A DNA stretch of 64,000 bases, taken from positions 41,369 to 105,368 of IMG/VR virus record IMGVR_UViG_3300034161_000008, one strand, 5' to 3'. The position numbers were made by a program, and so were the translations under genes. The notes under the pieces were generated by a model. It had not been told where the DNA came from, searched no databases, and was given only the letters and a program-made list of their open reading frames with translations. Below are positions 19,714 to 28,133 of the stretch, in pieces. Every line of letters starts with the position of its first letter. The stretch's first letter is position 1. This DNA is from a virus.

Positions 19714-20217
19714 CTAGGGGTTAGACGCCACCTGTAGCTTTAGGTGCTTGCGGATCTTCTCCAAGCCCTCCATCAGCCAATCATAACCTAAAGGACGAAT
19801 GGTGACTTGCCCATTGCCGCTCAGGTAGTAGTGCTTGAATGGCAGTGTGGATTCGACCATCAGTTGTTTAAGCACTGGGTTCTGGTTGAACTTGTGCCAG
19901 TTGCCAGCAATGATGATCTCGTGAAAGTTCTCAACCCTTACAGTCTCCACTGTACGGCCGAATGCTTTGGCTTGGTAGCCGACCATGTCACGCAAACACT
20001 GAACCGCAGGGTCTTCTGGGTTCTTGAGTTTGATCCAGATCCAGAAAGCTTCCATGGACTTGAAAGCCCCATAGGTAGGATGGACAAACTCAGAGTACGC
20101 AAAGTGCGACGCCCGACGACCTATCTCCGTTTCGCCTTTGCTGTAGACGTTGATGAAGTCGACACCGTCTTTACCTTCGATGTCGTTGATCGCATTCTTG
20201 GGTGTTGGTTTACTCAT
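19714..20217 (-). CDS. NADAR-like protein (T4 gp30.3/YbiA-related)
   Basis: SHFAYSEF...FKSMEAFW...AKAFGR...KFNQNPVLKQLMVES matches the NADAR pattern SNF..S.E..AK..GR..KF.QN..L. Confidence 0.65.
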   Translation of the reverse strand: MSKPTPKNAINDIEGKDGVDFINVYSKGETEIGRRASHFAYSEFVHPTYGAFKSMEAFWIWIKLKNPEDPAVQCLRDMVGYQAKAFGRTVETVRVENFHEIIIAGNWHKFNQNPVLKQLMVESTLPFKHYYLSGNGQVTIRPLGYDWLMEGLEKIRKHLKLQVASNP

Positions 20218-20729
20218 ACCGTCTCCGCAGCCTTGAGATCTAGCAGACCTTGTTCCTGATTCTGCTCACGCTCTTCAGCATCTTCTGGTTCGTCTTCCAA
20301 CTCGCCTTCGATTTCAGGTTCAGCAGTGTCTTCCAACATTTGTTGCATTGAGATGTTACCCAATGGAACGTTAACCGTGTGGATCGTTGGGTTGGGTTTA
20401 CCCGCGTGCGTCGCCTCGATTGTAATCTTGAGGTGGACGATGTGCAGAAAACGCATGGCCTTCACGAAGACTTTCCAAGTCATCTGAGGTCGTGCAAATT
20501 CTTTAGTGATATTGCCACGGATACTCGTTTGATCGCGCTTGTTGTTGGGAACCCCGTTTCGTACATCGTTGATAAACGAATGCATCAGAACACCCCAACG
20601 CATTGGGTTGATGCCATTGTCCAGCAACATGATTCGGAACATGCGCGACAGTACACCGTTCACACCGGTAGTACGGTTTACTCCTTTGTCCGGAGACGTC
20701 AGAAGTTGAGTGATCTTATTTCTGGCCAC
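20214..20729 (-). CDS. Hypothetical protein with acidic C-terminal tail
   Basis: 171 aa, GTG start with GAGG RBS, ATGA overlap with the next gene. Confidence 0.7.
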   Translation of the reverse strand: MARNKITQLLTSPDKGVNRTTGVNGVLSRMFRIMLLDNGINPMRWGVLMHSFINDVRNGVPNNKRDQTSIRGNITKEFARPQMTWKVFVKAMRFLHIVHLKITIEATHAGKPNPTIHTVNVPLGNISMQQMLEDTAEPEIEGELEDEPEDAEEREQNQEQGLLDLKAAETV

Positions 20730-20741
20730 AGTACAACCCTC

Positions 20742-21254
20742 TTATTTGCGATAAGCAATAGACAGCAATGCTCTCGTCAAAGTCTGGATGTCGGCAAACA
20801 CGTGCGTGAGCATTCTTAAGTTGTGCTCATAGTGCGCGTGGGTCTCACCCTCGTCTTTGTCCATGGCCATACAGATGCCTTGGGCGTGACGCTTGAAGGT
20901 TGCGACAGCCATTGAGATTTCCATGATGTAACCATCTTTGGTCACCAGGTAATCTTCAAGGTTTGTTACGGTACGATCGATCTTCACCACGTCCGGGGTG
21001 ATGTGTCGACCATTCTTCAGCTTGAAGGCGATGTCCTGCAAGTTGTTGAAGAACAGATCAACGTTCGGATACAGCATTTTCAGCTCCAGCTGAAAACCTT
21101 GCATCGGCTGATAAGTATCGAACTGATCAGTTTGAAGCAGCTCTAAAAGCTCCCAGGTCTGTACGCGATCCGGCTCGTACGGTTTGACTGGTTCGCCTCG
21201 CGTCACTTGCTTGACACGATAATTGAGCAATCGACGTTTTATCCACATGGACAA
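20742..21254 (-). CDS. Hypothetical protein
   Basis: About 170 aa, GGAG RBS, co-oriented in the operon; the start may be ATG 21248. Confidence 0.7.
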   Translation of the reverse strand: MSMWIKRRLLNYRVKQVTRGEPVKPYEPDRVQTWELLELLQTDQFDTYQPMQGFQLELKMLYPNVDLFFNNLQDIAFKLKNGRHITPDVVKIDRTVTNLEDYLVTKDGYIMEISMAVATFKRHAQGICMAMDKDEGETHAHYEHNLRMLTHVFADIQTLTRALLSIAYRK

Positions 21255-21341
21255 CTCCGCTTAAAATGAACCCATTGATAGAACATAGCGTAACCACTAC
21301 ACCTAGATGATATGTGTTTCAAATTAACTTGGTGGTGTGAT

Positions 21342-21794
21342 ATGTCTCAGGTAGAAGTCGTGGACAGAGACGACGCCGTCCTTGATTATACTCAAGGCGT
21401 GCTGCGCGATCTCACGCAAGACATCCTCAAGAAGGGTGTTGCAGAAGTAGGCGACGACGATAAGAAACTTTTATTGGTCGCGTTAAGAGATATGGCTGGT
21501 ACGGCCATTGGTCGTAAACGCATCAAAGTTGAAGAACGTGTAGCTGACACTGCTGAAGGTACTGCTGGTCTGATTGCTCAGATCCTGCACGACTCCACGC
21601 TGATGAACCACTTCCGGGCAGATCCTAAAGACATTACTCCTCGTGCGAAAGTTGTATTGGGTAGTGATGTTCCGGAACCAACGTTCCTGCCGGGCGAGAT
21701 GGACATCCAGACCGCACAGCAAGACGTTGAGAGCTTCATGGCGCGCACGGCGCACCTGTCTGAACAGTTTGACGACGACGAAGGCGACGAGTAA
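21342..21794 (+). CDS. Hypothetical protein with acidic C-terminus
   Basis: GGTGG RBS then ATG 21342; ends just before a hairpin element. Confidence 0.7.
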   Translation: MSQVEVVDRDDAVLDYTQGVLRDLTQDILKKGVAEVGDDDKKLLLVALRDMAGTAIGRKRIKVEERVADTAEGTAGLIAQILHDSTLMNHFRADPKDITPRAKVVLGSDVPEPTFLPGEMDIQTAQQDVESFMARTAHLSEQFDDDEGDE

Positions 21795-21800
21795 AGCTAG

Positions 21801-21837
21801 GTCATAGCGGGCAGGGTCTACCCCTGCCCGCTTATGC
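21801..21837. terminator. Bidirectional CATA-hairpin-TATG element
   Basis: gtCAT-agcgggcaggg-tctac-ccctgcccgct-TATGc between convergent genes. Confidence 0.75.
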
Positions 21838-21839
21838 CG

Positions 21840-22595
21840 TCAAGTCATGTCACGAGGTCGGAACGCAGAGAAGAACTTGATATCGACCAAATTCAATTCC
21901 ACCAGAGGACTCGCGGCAGCCTCAACGGCTTTGAACGGGTGCATTGCCTCTGCTTTGAGTTTAGCCATGTCCTGATCACTCGGCAGCGTGTCCTCGAAAT
22001 ACAACTCGGGGGCAAACATCGTGATCTCAGGAATACGGCACTTCATGAAGTTTCCGTTCTCGGTGTTTGATTCCAGGAACGAGTTGTAGTCGTACACCAC
22101 CATCATCGAGTAATGGTCTTTGCAGTATTTCGGGGTGAGTCGAGCAGGCGGAATGGACCGCATGTAAACTTTACCCATCCCCAACACTTTCGCGTTGAAG
22201 ATTTTCTGATACTCCTCGATGATCAATGTCGACAACTGGTAAGGCCAGTAGTTGACGACAAACGCAGCGCCGTCATGAAACGGACGCTTGATGGCTTGTT
22301 CACGCAGCACGCCTGCCAGATGGCACATCAGAGCCACGCCGTCGGTCATCACAGACTTAGACAGCGTCACCACGTCACGCTTGGCATAGAGCGCTTTGAA
22401 AGCCTCCATGTCCACACCCTCGAACTTGTTCTGGATGCGTGAGTGGTAGTTGTTGTTGGCCACCTGCGTAGCCAACTCATCTGACATTCGAGCAATGGTG
22501 CCAAGCACCGTGTCAACCAAACAATCGAGTTCGAAGTAAATCGTTTCCTCTTTGCCCGTCTGACCCAGTGAGGCTGCACGATTGCGTTTAGCCAT
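21840..22595 (-). CDS. Conserved jumbo-phage protein, possibly a degenerate HAD-like fold
   Basis: 251 aa; TIYFELDCLVDT resembles HAD motif I with substitutions. Confidence 0.55.
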   Translation of the reverse strand: MAKRNRAASLGQTGKEETIYFELDCLVDTVLGTIARMSDELATQVANNNYHSRIQNKFEGVDMEAFKALYAKRDVVTLSKSVMTDGVALMCHLAGVLREQAIKRPFHDGAAFVVNYWPYQLSTLIIEEYQKIFNAKVLGMGKVYMRSIPPARLTPKYCKDHYSMMVVYDYNSFLESNTENGNFMKCRIPEITMFAPELYFEDTLPSDQDMAKLKAEAMHPFKAVEAAASPLVELNLVDIKFFSAFRPRDMT

Positions 22596-23071
22596 TACTT
22601 ATTCCCCTTCTCCGGCGGAGCATCAGGATCTGGTGCTTGAATCCAGGTCTTGAGCAGCAGGATGCATACCAGCCAGCGGTTGTTGACCAGCGACGACGTA
22701 GCAACGTCATCGGTGACCATGCGCTCGTAGACCGGCTTGGGGATCAGTGACGGAACCTGATAACCAGAAGCCACACCCATCACAGTTGCCAAAGCCTCGT
22801 GGAACTCACGACCATGTCCCAGATACGCCTGGAAGTTGAACGTCAGCGTCAGTACGAAGTCGCGAATGTCTTCCTTACCAAACACCTCACCGATGATGTC
22901 GGAAAGGCCCTGCTGGGTGAGCATCATCCATGGGTGTTTGCGCAGTACGACGTCGTACACAAACGACATCACAATAGTCTTGCTTTCACCAAACGTGTTG
23001 GCAAGGGTGTGGTTGAATGCTTGCGTGAAGCACTCACCCACTTCACGAATGTCTTCAGCAGCAAGTTCCAT
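22595..23071 (-). CDS. Hypothetical protein
   Basis: 158 aa, coupled (TAATG) downstream of the RNAP subunit gene. Confidence 0.7.
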   Translation of the reverse strand: MELAAEDIREVGECFTQAFNHTLANTFGESKTIVMSFVYDVVLRKHPWMMLTQQGLSDIIGEVFGKEDIRDFVLTLTFNFQAYLGHGREFHEALATVMGVASGYQVPSLIPKPVYERMVTDDVATSSLVNNRWLVCILLLKTWIQAPDPDAPPEKGNK

Positions 23072-23073
23072 GC

Positions 23074-23751
23074 TTATTCCTGGACGAGTGTGTTATCGAG
23101 GTGCATGCACTTCAGATAAATCGAAAGTGTCTGCGTGGATTTAACGACCGTACCCAAATGCTCAATGGCTTTCTGGGACGTACCACCGGACTCAGAGATC
23201 TGGCGGTTCTGTGCGTCGAATGCTTTGGTGTCACCACCACGGAATTTGATCATTTCCGTGATGTTTGCATCCAGACCCAGCGCTGCCAGAATCTGCAACT
23301 CAGGATAAGACAACTTCGAACCCTGAGACTTGCCGGTTGGCTGGCCAGAGAAATCGTCCACCGATTTGTTGTCCTCGGGGATAGAGATCTTCTTGGTCAG
23401 CAGCTGAGCCTGACGGCGCAGCGGGAGTTGCATCACCAGGTACTTGATCGGCGTCAAATACGGTGCATCCAAATGCGGTGACTTCAGCCACAGGCGCTGG
23501 AAGAAATTGTGTCCCAGCTCTTCGGCGATCCCCAGATTACGCTTGGTGGATAGTTTCTCTGCCTGAAGGTTAGGAGCGATGATCACCAGACGGGTTTTGC
23601 CGTCTTCGATATCCGCCATGAAAGTATCGAACTTGGCGTCCGACATCCCAGCGAACATCTCTTCGTACATCTTGACGTTGTTGCTGCCCGGCAAGATCTT
23701 CCCGATGTACTTGAGAATAAATGCTTCGGCAGCTTTGCGGTTAGTAGCCAT
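23074..23751 (-). CDS. rpoB: Virion RNA polymerase beta C-terminal fragment, phiKZ gp149-like
   Basis: DDFSGQPTGKSQGSKLSYPELQILAALG...EMIKFRGGD matches the RpoB C-terminal pattern (QP..GG....E...L....E..T.KSDD). Confidence 0.85.
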   Translation of the reverse strand: MATNRKAAEAFILKYIGKILPGSNNVKMYEEMFAGMSDAKFDTFMADIEDGKTRLVIIAPNLQAEKLSTKRNLGIAEELGHNFFQRLWLKSPHLDAPYLTPIKYLVMQLPLRRQAQLLTKKISIPEDNKSVDDFSGQPTGKSQGSKLSYPELQILAALGLDANITEMIKFRGGDTKAFDAQNRQISESGGTSQKAIEHLGTVVKSTQTLSIYLKCMHLDNTLVQE

Positions 23752-23772
23752 GGTCAGCTCGCTGTGAGGTGG

Positions 23773-24336
23773 CTAGTCAGTCTCTGGATTCCAGATCTTA
23801 CTTGCCCAAGTCCTGTTGAAGCGTTGTTCCTGAAGCTCCTTGACTTTTGCTGGAGTAGATTCCTCCGAATCAAAAACAAACACAGTGTTCTTGATGCCGT
23901 TAAGCGTACAAGTGTTCACCATGTTCTTTGTACCGGGAGACAACAGATCCCAGAATATAATCGCCTCGTTACAGACTTTCGCCATGTGTGCGTTGCGGAT
24001 ATACCCTGCGCTCTTACCGTGCAGATCCCAATCAGCGGGCATCTCACGACATAGGATTTGGTTTTCTTTACACCAGCGGATGATCATGTCATCTGCACCG
24101 CGGGAAGCTTTACCAGAGATAAAGCAGCCGTCTTCCAACATCAACTTGCGATCAATAGCCGATTCAAGCGAATCACAAAAGTCCTCGTAGTTGTTGAAAC
24201 CACGAGAACCCGCCACTAAGATCCGAGTACCGAAGTGTGCCACAAACTCATCATCCGACAAGTCCTGCACAGCTTGGTACTCGGTCTCGAAGTCGCTTAG
24301 TGAATCGCTTCCGGCAGGTGGTTCTCCACGATGCAT
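23773..24336 (-). CDS. SLOG superfamily (YspA/DUF2493-like) protein
   Basis: RILVAGSRGF, ISGKASRGAD, PADWDLHGKSAGYIRNAHMA, FWDLLSPGTKNM. Confidence 0.85.
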   Translation of the reverse strand: MHRGEPPAGSDSLSDFETEYQAVQDLSDDEFVAHFGTRILVAGSRGFNNYEDFCDSLESAIDRKLMLEDGCFISGKASRGADDMIIRWCKENQILCREMPADWDLHGKSAGYIRNAHMAKVCNEAIIFWDLLSPGTKNMVNTCTLNGIKNTVFVFDSEESTPAKVKELQEQRFNRTWASKIWNPETD

Positions 24337-24635
24337 GGTGCGACCCCTGTGCGGAACAAACGCAACCAGTCTTCGAGACTACCCTGCTCAACCAGGCAGT
24401 AGCGAATGTCCATGGTTTCTTGAGCCAGAGCCCCGATCGTTTCACGCCAGTAGCGATTGATCAGGAAACGCTGGATCTTTTCGTCATGGACGTGGAGGGC
24501 GTCAGGATGGACGCGGGACTCCCAGTCAGCCGGACGCTTGTGGCCGCTCTCGCTCAGGATCGCAGTGATCTTGGAAACGAGGTTTGGGTTTTCAACTGGC
24601 AACAGGCTGCCAATGTCTTCGTACTGTTCAGTCAT
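24297..24635 (-). CDS. Hypothetical protein
   Basis: 112 aa, ATGA-coupled. Confidence 0.65.
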   Translation of the reverse strand: MTEQYEDIGSLLPVENPNLVSKITAILSESGHKRPADWESRVHPDALHVHDEKIQRFLINRYWRETIGALAQETMDIRYCLVEQGSLEDWLRLFRTGVAPCIVENHLPEAIH

Positions 24636-25222
24636 TTTGGTGTGCCCGCCTTAGGCAGATCGCGGTAGTGGATGAGGAGCGCACGCAGTTCGTCGACGAA
24701 CTCGTGAGTGTAAGGGACGTAAGCGTTGGGACCGGCCTTCAGCATTGCCAGTTGGTCGAAGCTGCCCTTTGCTTCGAGGAACGCATCCACACGACTGAGG
24801 TCCTGACCCATCAGCTCGCGCATCTTGGCCATGAAGTCGTTGTAGTGGAGCGAGCGAGGACGCTGCTTGATCAGATCAACCAACGCCATCTCTTCGTAGC
24901 TGCTGGCCTTGAGCTCTTCAGCAGACGGCGCTACGTAGATGATCTTGAGGATTGCCCGGTACTCTTCGATGAAGAAGGAGGACATTGGCTTGGTTTCGCC
25001 ATTGCCCATCTCGATCTGGAAGAACTCAGGAACTTCAGTCACGCCGTCGAGAGCGTGAACCGAGCCGTCGGGATGGAACTCGAACTTAGCTTGGCGTTCG
25101 CGCTCTTCGGTGACCAGACGCATCAGGTGCGGATGCATTTCTGCCTCGCACGATTTGCTCATATCCAGTTCGAGAAGTTCTTCGGCCGAGAGGTTATCAA
25201 AATCAGGTTTTGCTGTAGTCAT
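24632..25222 (-). CDS. Hypothetical protein
   Basis: 196 aa, TAATG-coupled to the UvsX gene. Confidence 0.7.
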   Translation of the reverse strand: MTTAKPDFDNLSAEELLELDMSKSCEAEMHPHLMRLVTEERERQAKFEFHPDGSVHALDGVTEVPEFFQIEMGNGETKPMSSFFIEEYRAILKIIYVAPSAEELKASSYEEMALVDLIKQRPRSLHYNDFMAKMRELMGQDLSRVDAFLEAKGSFDQLAMLKAGPNAYVPYTHEFVDELRALLIHYRDLPKAGTPK

Positions 25223-26700
25223 TACGCAGCCTTCGCAAGTGTGCCGACATCGGCTTTTGTGGTGCCGTGATAACCGACCACGCGGGTCTTCTTATCTTCG
25301 GCCAACCAGTAAGGGTGGTACAGACCAGCACGCATGCGCAGCAAGTCCATGGTTGACAGGAACGGGATTGGATGCTCCTCGTCATTGATGGTCCACCAGC
25401 CACGGGTATCAAGCAACTGATTCCAGTCGTAGCCTTTGGCCTTCAGATCGTCGTACAGCTCTTGAGGAGTGCACATGATCCCTTCGTCCAAGTGGTGCCA
25501 CATGTAATCCATCTGGCACATCTCGGACGTGATGTTCAACGCACGACGCAAACGAGCATCGTTGTCGATCTTGCCGCGCACAGTGGTACGCTGCAACGAG
25601 CAGTCCGGGTACAGGGCAATGTCGTACGAACTGCCACCTGGCTTCACCATGCCGTAACGAGCGTTGTTACGAATGTGGTGGAACTCAGTCAGCGATGGCA
25701 ACACACCTTCGGTCTGCGAGACGATCAACTGCAAGGTCATGCCGGTAGGGCCAGACTTCGCGCGCAGGTTACGGATGTGAACGATGTTCAAGTCCGTATC
25801 GAGTTTCAGGTTGTCGTCAGAGTTACGTGGGTACTCTGGACCTTTGGTGCCGTCGTTGATCAGAGGCGCTGCGTTGAACGCGTGCCAGCAGTTGTGGGTC
25901 ACGAACGTGAACTTGTCCGTAGTCCCTTTGATCTTGTCGCCGTTCTTCAGATGCTTGAGCTTCTGAATAGGAACTTGTTGCCCACCACCAGCCTGCTGCA
26001 TCGTCGACTCTTTGCCGATGTGTGCAGTCATCAGGGTGTAGTTGTAACCACCGCCAGCCAGTCGTGGAGCTTCCATCAACAGACGCAGCTTGGCCAAGCC
26101 TTGTCGCATGTGGATGGTGTTGCCTTTGGAGTCGCCCAGTTCAACGTCCTGCATTGCAGTCACGTCGTCGGTTTCGAACTCAGTGAAGCTGTCCACTTCC
26201 GTGAACGTAGGTTGCAAGATCATCAACGGACCTTGACGACCACGGTTCCAGAACGGAGTGGATACCGAAAGCTTCGACGAGTTCTTGAGTTTGGCTTCCA
26301 GCCACTCTTTGAGCGCGTCCCACCATTTGTTGCCGGACAGAACAGTTTTGTCCGTGATGACCCAACGAGCGTTGGTGAGGATGTCTTCGCCGCCGAATTC
26401 TTCGATGCGGTTGATCATCTCCAACAAGTGCCACTCTTGAATGTTCACCTCAGTATCGTACGTGTTGCCGATACTGCCACGCATGCGCGACATCGCAGTC
26501 AGAAACTGAAAGTGCATAAGCGTGGATTTAAAATTGTTGCCGATACCAACGATACCAGTCAGCGCACCCAAGCCACCATTCAGGATGTACTGACCCAAAC
26601 GACCTTCCAGGAATGTACCTGTAGGAACGTCCAGCAGTGCACCAATGTTGATCAAAGCTTTTACAACAGGAGCTGCTTCAAACGCGGGTCTGAGTTCCAT
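25222..26700 (-). CDS. uvsX: RecA/UvsX-like recombinase, phiKZ gp152-like
   Basis: Variant Walker A GIGNNFKST, YDTE, Walker B EVDSFT, TAH; start moved to ATG 26700 to avoid overlap with the divergent gene. Confidence 0.85.
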   Translation of the reverse strand: MELRPAFEAAPVVKALINIGALLDVPTGTFLEGRLGQYILNGGLGALTGIVGIGNNFKSTLMHFQFLTAMSRMRGSIGNTYDTEVNIQEWHLLEMINRIEEFGGEDILTNARWVITDKTVLSGNKWWDALKEWLEAKLKNSSKLSVSTPFWNRGRQGPLMILQPTFTEVDSFTEFETDDVTAMQDVELGDSKGNTIHMRQGLAKLRLLMEAPRLAGGGYNYTLMTAHIGKESTMQQAGGGQQVPIQKLKHLKNGDKIKGTTDKFTFVTHNCWHAFNAAPLINDGTKGPEYPRNSDDNLKLDTDLNIVHIRNLRAKSGPTGMTLQLIVSQTEGVLPSLTEFHHIRNNARYGMVKPGGSSYDIALYPDCSLQRTTVRGKIDNDARLRRALNITSEMCQMDYMWHHLDEGIMCTPQELYDDLKAKGYDWNQLLDTRGWWTINDEEHPIPFLSTMDLLRMRAGLYHPYWLAEDKKTRVVGYHGTTKADVGTLAKAA

Positions 26701-26799
26701 TAATAAATTCTCACGGGGGGTTGTTGCTTTCAAATGATTGCGGGGATGAGTATTTTTATGACGTTTGCATTCACTAGCCATTCTACCGGACCGCCCACC

Positions 26800-27618
26800 A
26801 TGCCGACTAATAGTCTCCGTAACACGAAAAACATGATTGCACTGGAGGCATTCTCCACCAGTGATTTGTCGGGGCTGCTCAAGCGGGCGTTCCCACAGAT
26901 GGTTGATGACCTCAAAAGCTTCATCGGTATCGCCAACCCACTCTCCGCTGCCATCCAGCTGACTCCAGAAGCACGTGCCTTTATTGGCAACGTTGTGAAC
27001 AAGCACAGCTACATGGACACCGCTCCAATGGCAGCTTGGGTTCCTGAAGGCATGACGGCTACCTACGCCGACTACCTGCCGGTGCTACAAGCATCTGTTG
27101 AACACGCCGCGGGTGTTGTGGACGAAACACTGATCCCGTACTGCACGCTGTTGTCGAAACTGATCTCCAACAAAGACGATCAACTCTCGACGCAAGCCTA
27201 CGACTACTCCGGCCTGGAAAAGGTTCGTGACGGTCTGCAAGCTGCCAACGACAAGTGCTTCAAGCGTGGTTCGTCTACTGCTCAGGCTTCTTTGGGTGAT
27301 GTGGTCAAGCGCAACTCCGAGTGGGAACACATCCTCTCCACCAGCAACAAGCTGCTGGACAAGATGAACAAGGTTGACCGCAAGGCGCTGAACAAGAAGG
27401 TGGACGAATCTGCTCACCTGCTGGACACCATCATCAAGAAACTCAAGAACGAAGAGTTCACCACGATCTCTCCACAGGTTGTTGAGAACTTGGCCAACGG
27501 TGCGTATCAGGTCGGCAAAGAGCTGGAGTTCTTCTCCATCACTTACTACCGTGTACTGAGCTTCGTTGAGGCTGTCAACAAGACCATCACCAATACCACT
27601 CAAGTATTGGCAAAGTGA
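26800..27618 (+). CDS. Virion (head) protein, phiKZ gp153-like
   Basis: Helical protein of about 272 aa; N-terminal IALE-A fits the A-x-E prohead-protease site; TATG at 26757-26760 upstream; divergent from uvsX. Confidence 0.7.
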   Translation: MPTNSLRNTKNMIALEAFSTSDLSGLLKRAFPQMVDDLKSFIGIANPLSAAIQLTPEARAFIGNVVNKHSYMDTAPMAAWVPEGMTATYADYLPVLQASVEHAAGVVDETLIPYCTLLSKLISNKDDQLSTQAYDYSGLEKVRDGLQAANDKCFKRGSSTAQASLGDVVKRNSEWEHILSTSNKLLDKMNKVDRKALNKKVDESAHLLDTIIKKLKNEEFTTISPQVVENLANGAYQVGKELEFFSITYYRVLSFVEAVNKTITNTTQVLAK

Positions 27619-27675
27619 CATAACGCCCCTTTCCCCATTAGGCCTCGTGAGCTTGACTGGGGAAAGGGGCTTATG
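27618..27675. terminator. Bidirectional CATA-hairpin-TATG element
   Basis: aCATAac-gcccctttcccca...tggggaaaggggc-tTATG between convergent genes. Confidence 0.75.
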
Positions 27676-27679
27676 GCAC

Positions 27680-28099
27680 TCAGGTTTCGAGGACTTTCAT
27701 CCTCGCACCGAACAGCTTCACCAGATCCTCGCGTATAGCAGGTTCTGGTGCGTAACGCAACCAGCCGGGCATTGCCTTAATCACGTCGGTACAGATGTGC
27801 CGAAGGGTCATTGGGGTCAGCTCGCGCTGGTGTAGTTCGTCCAAGCAAAGCTCTTTCGAACTCTTACCATTCCAGATCGCGCGGTTGAGCTGGATGCCGA
27901 TGTTCAGAGAGTCTTCACGCTTGACCAATGACATCGCTTTGTTAAGCTTTGCCAAAGTCTCAGCATCAACACCTTCCGAACCTTCTTTGATCTGAGCGAA
28001 GAAGCTCGTCAGAAACAGCATCCGCTTCGTGCGATTCGGTAGAAGTAAGGAAAGTAGTGCAGTGCCGAAACCACCGGCCCACTTCCGAATTGCGTTCAT
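27680..28099 (-). CDS. Hypothetical protein
   Basis: Start moved to ATG 28099 (AGGTG RBS); about 139 aa. Confidence 0.65.
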   Translation of the reverse strand: MNAIRKWAGGFGTALLSLLLPNRTKRMLFLTSFFAQIKEGSEGVDAETLAKLNKAMSLVKREDSLNIGIQLNRAIWNGKSSKELCLDELHQRELTPMTLRHICTDVIKAMPGWLRYAPEPAIREDLVKLFGARMKVLET

Positions 28100-28133
28100 G
28101 TGCATCACCTGGTTGTTTGTGGAAAATGGAACT

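Noticed and set aside
26701..27006. N-terminal extension of UvsX in the ORF track
   Set aside because: Overlaps the divergent gene; ATG 26700 is the plausible start
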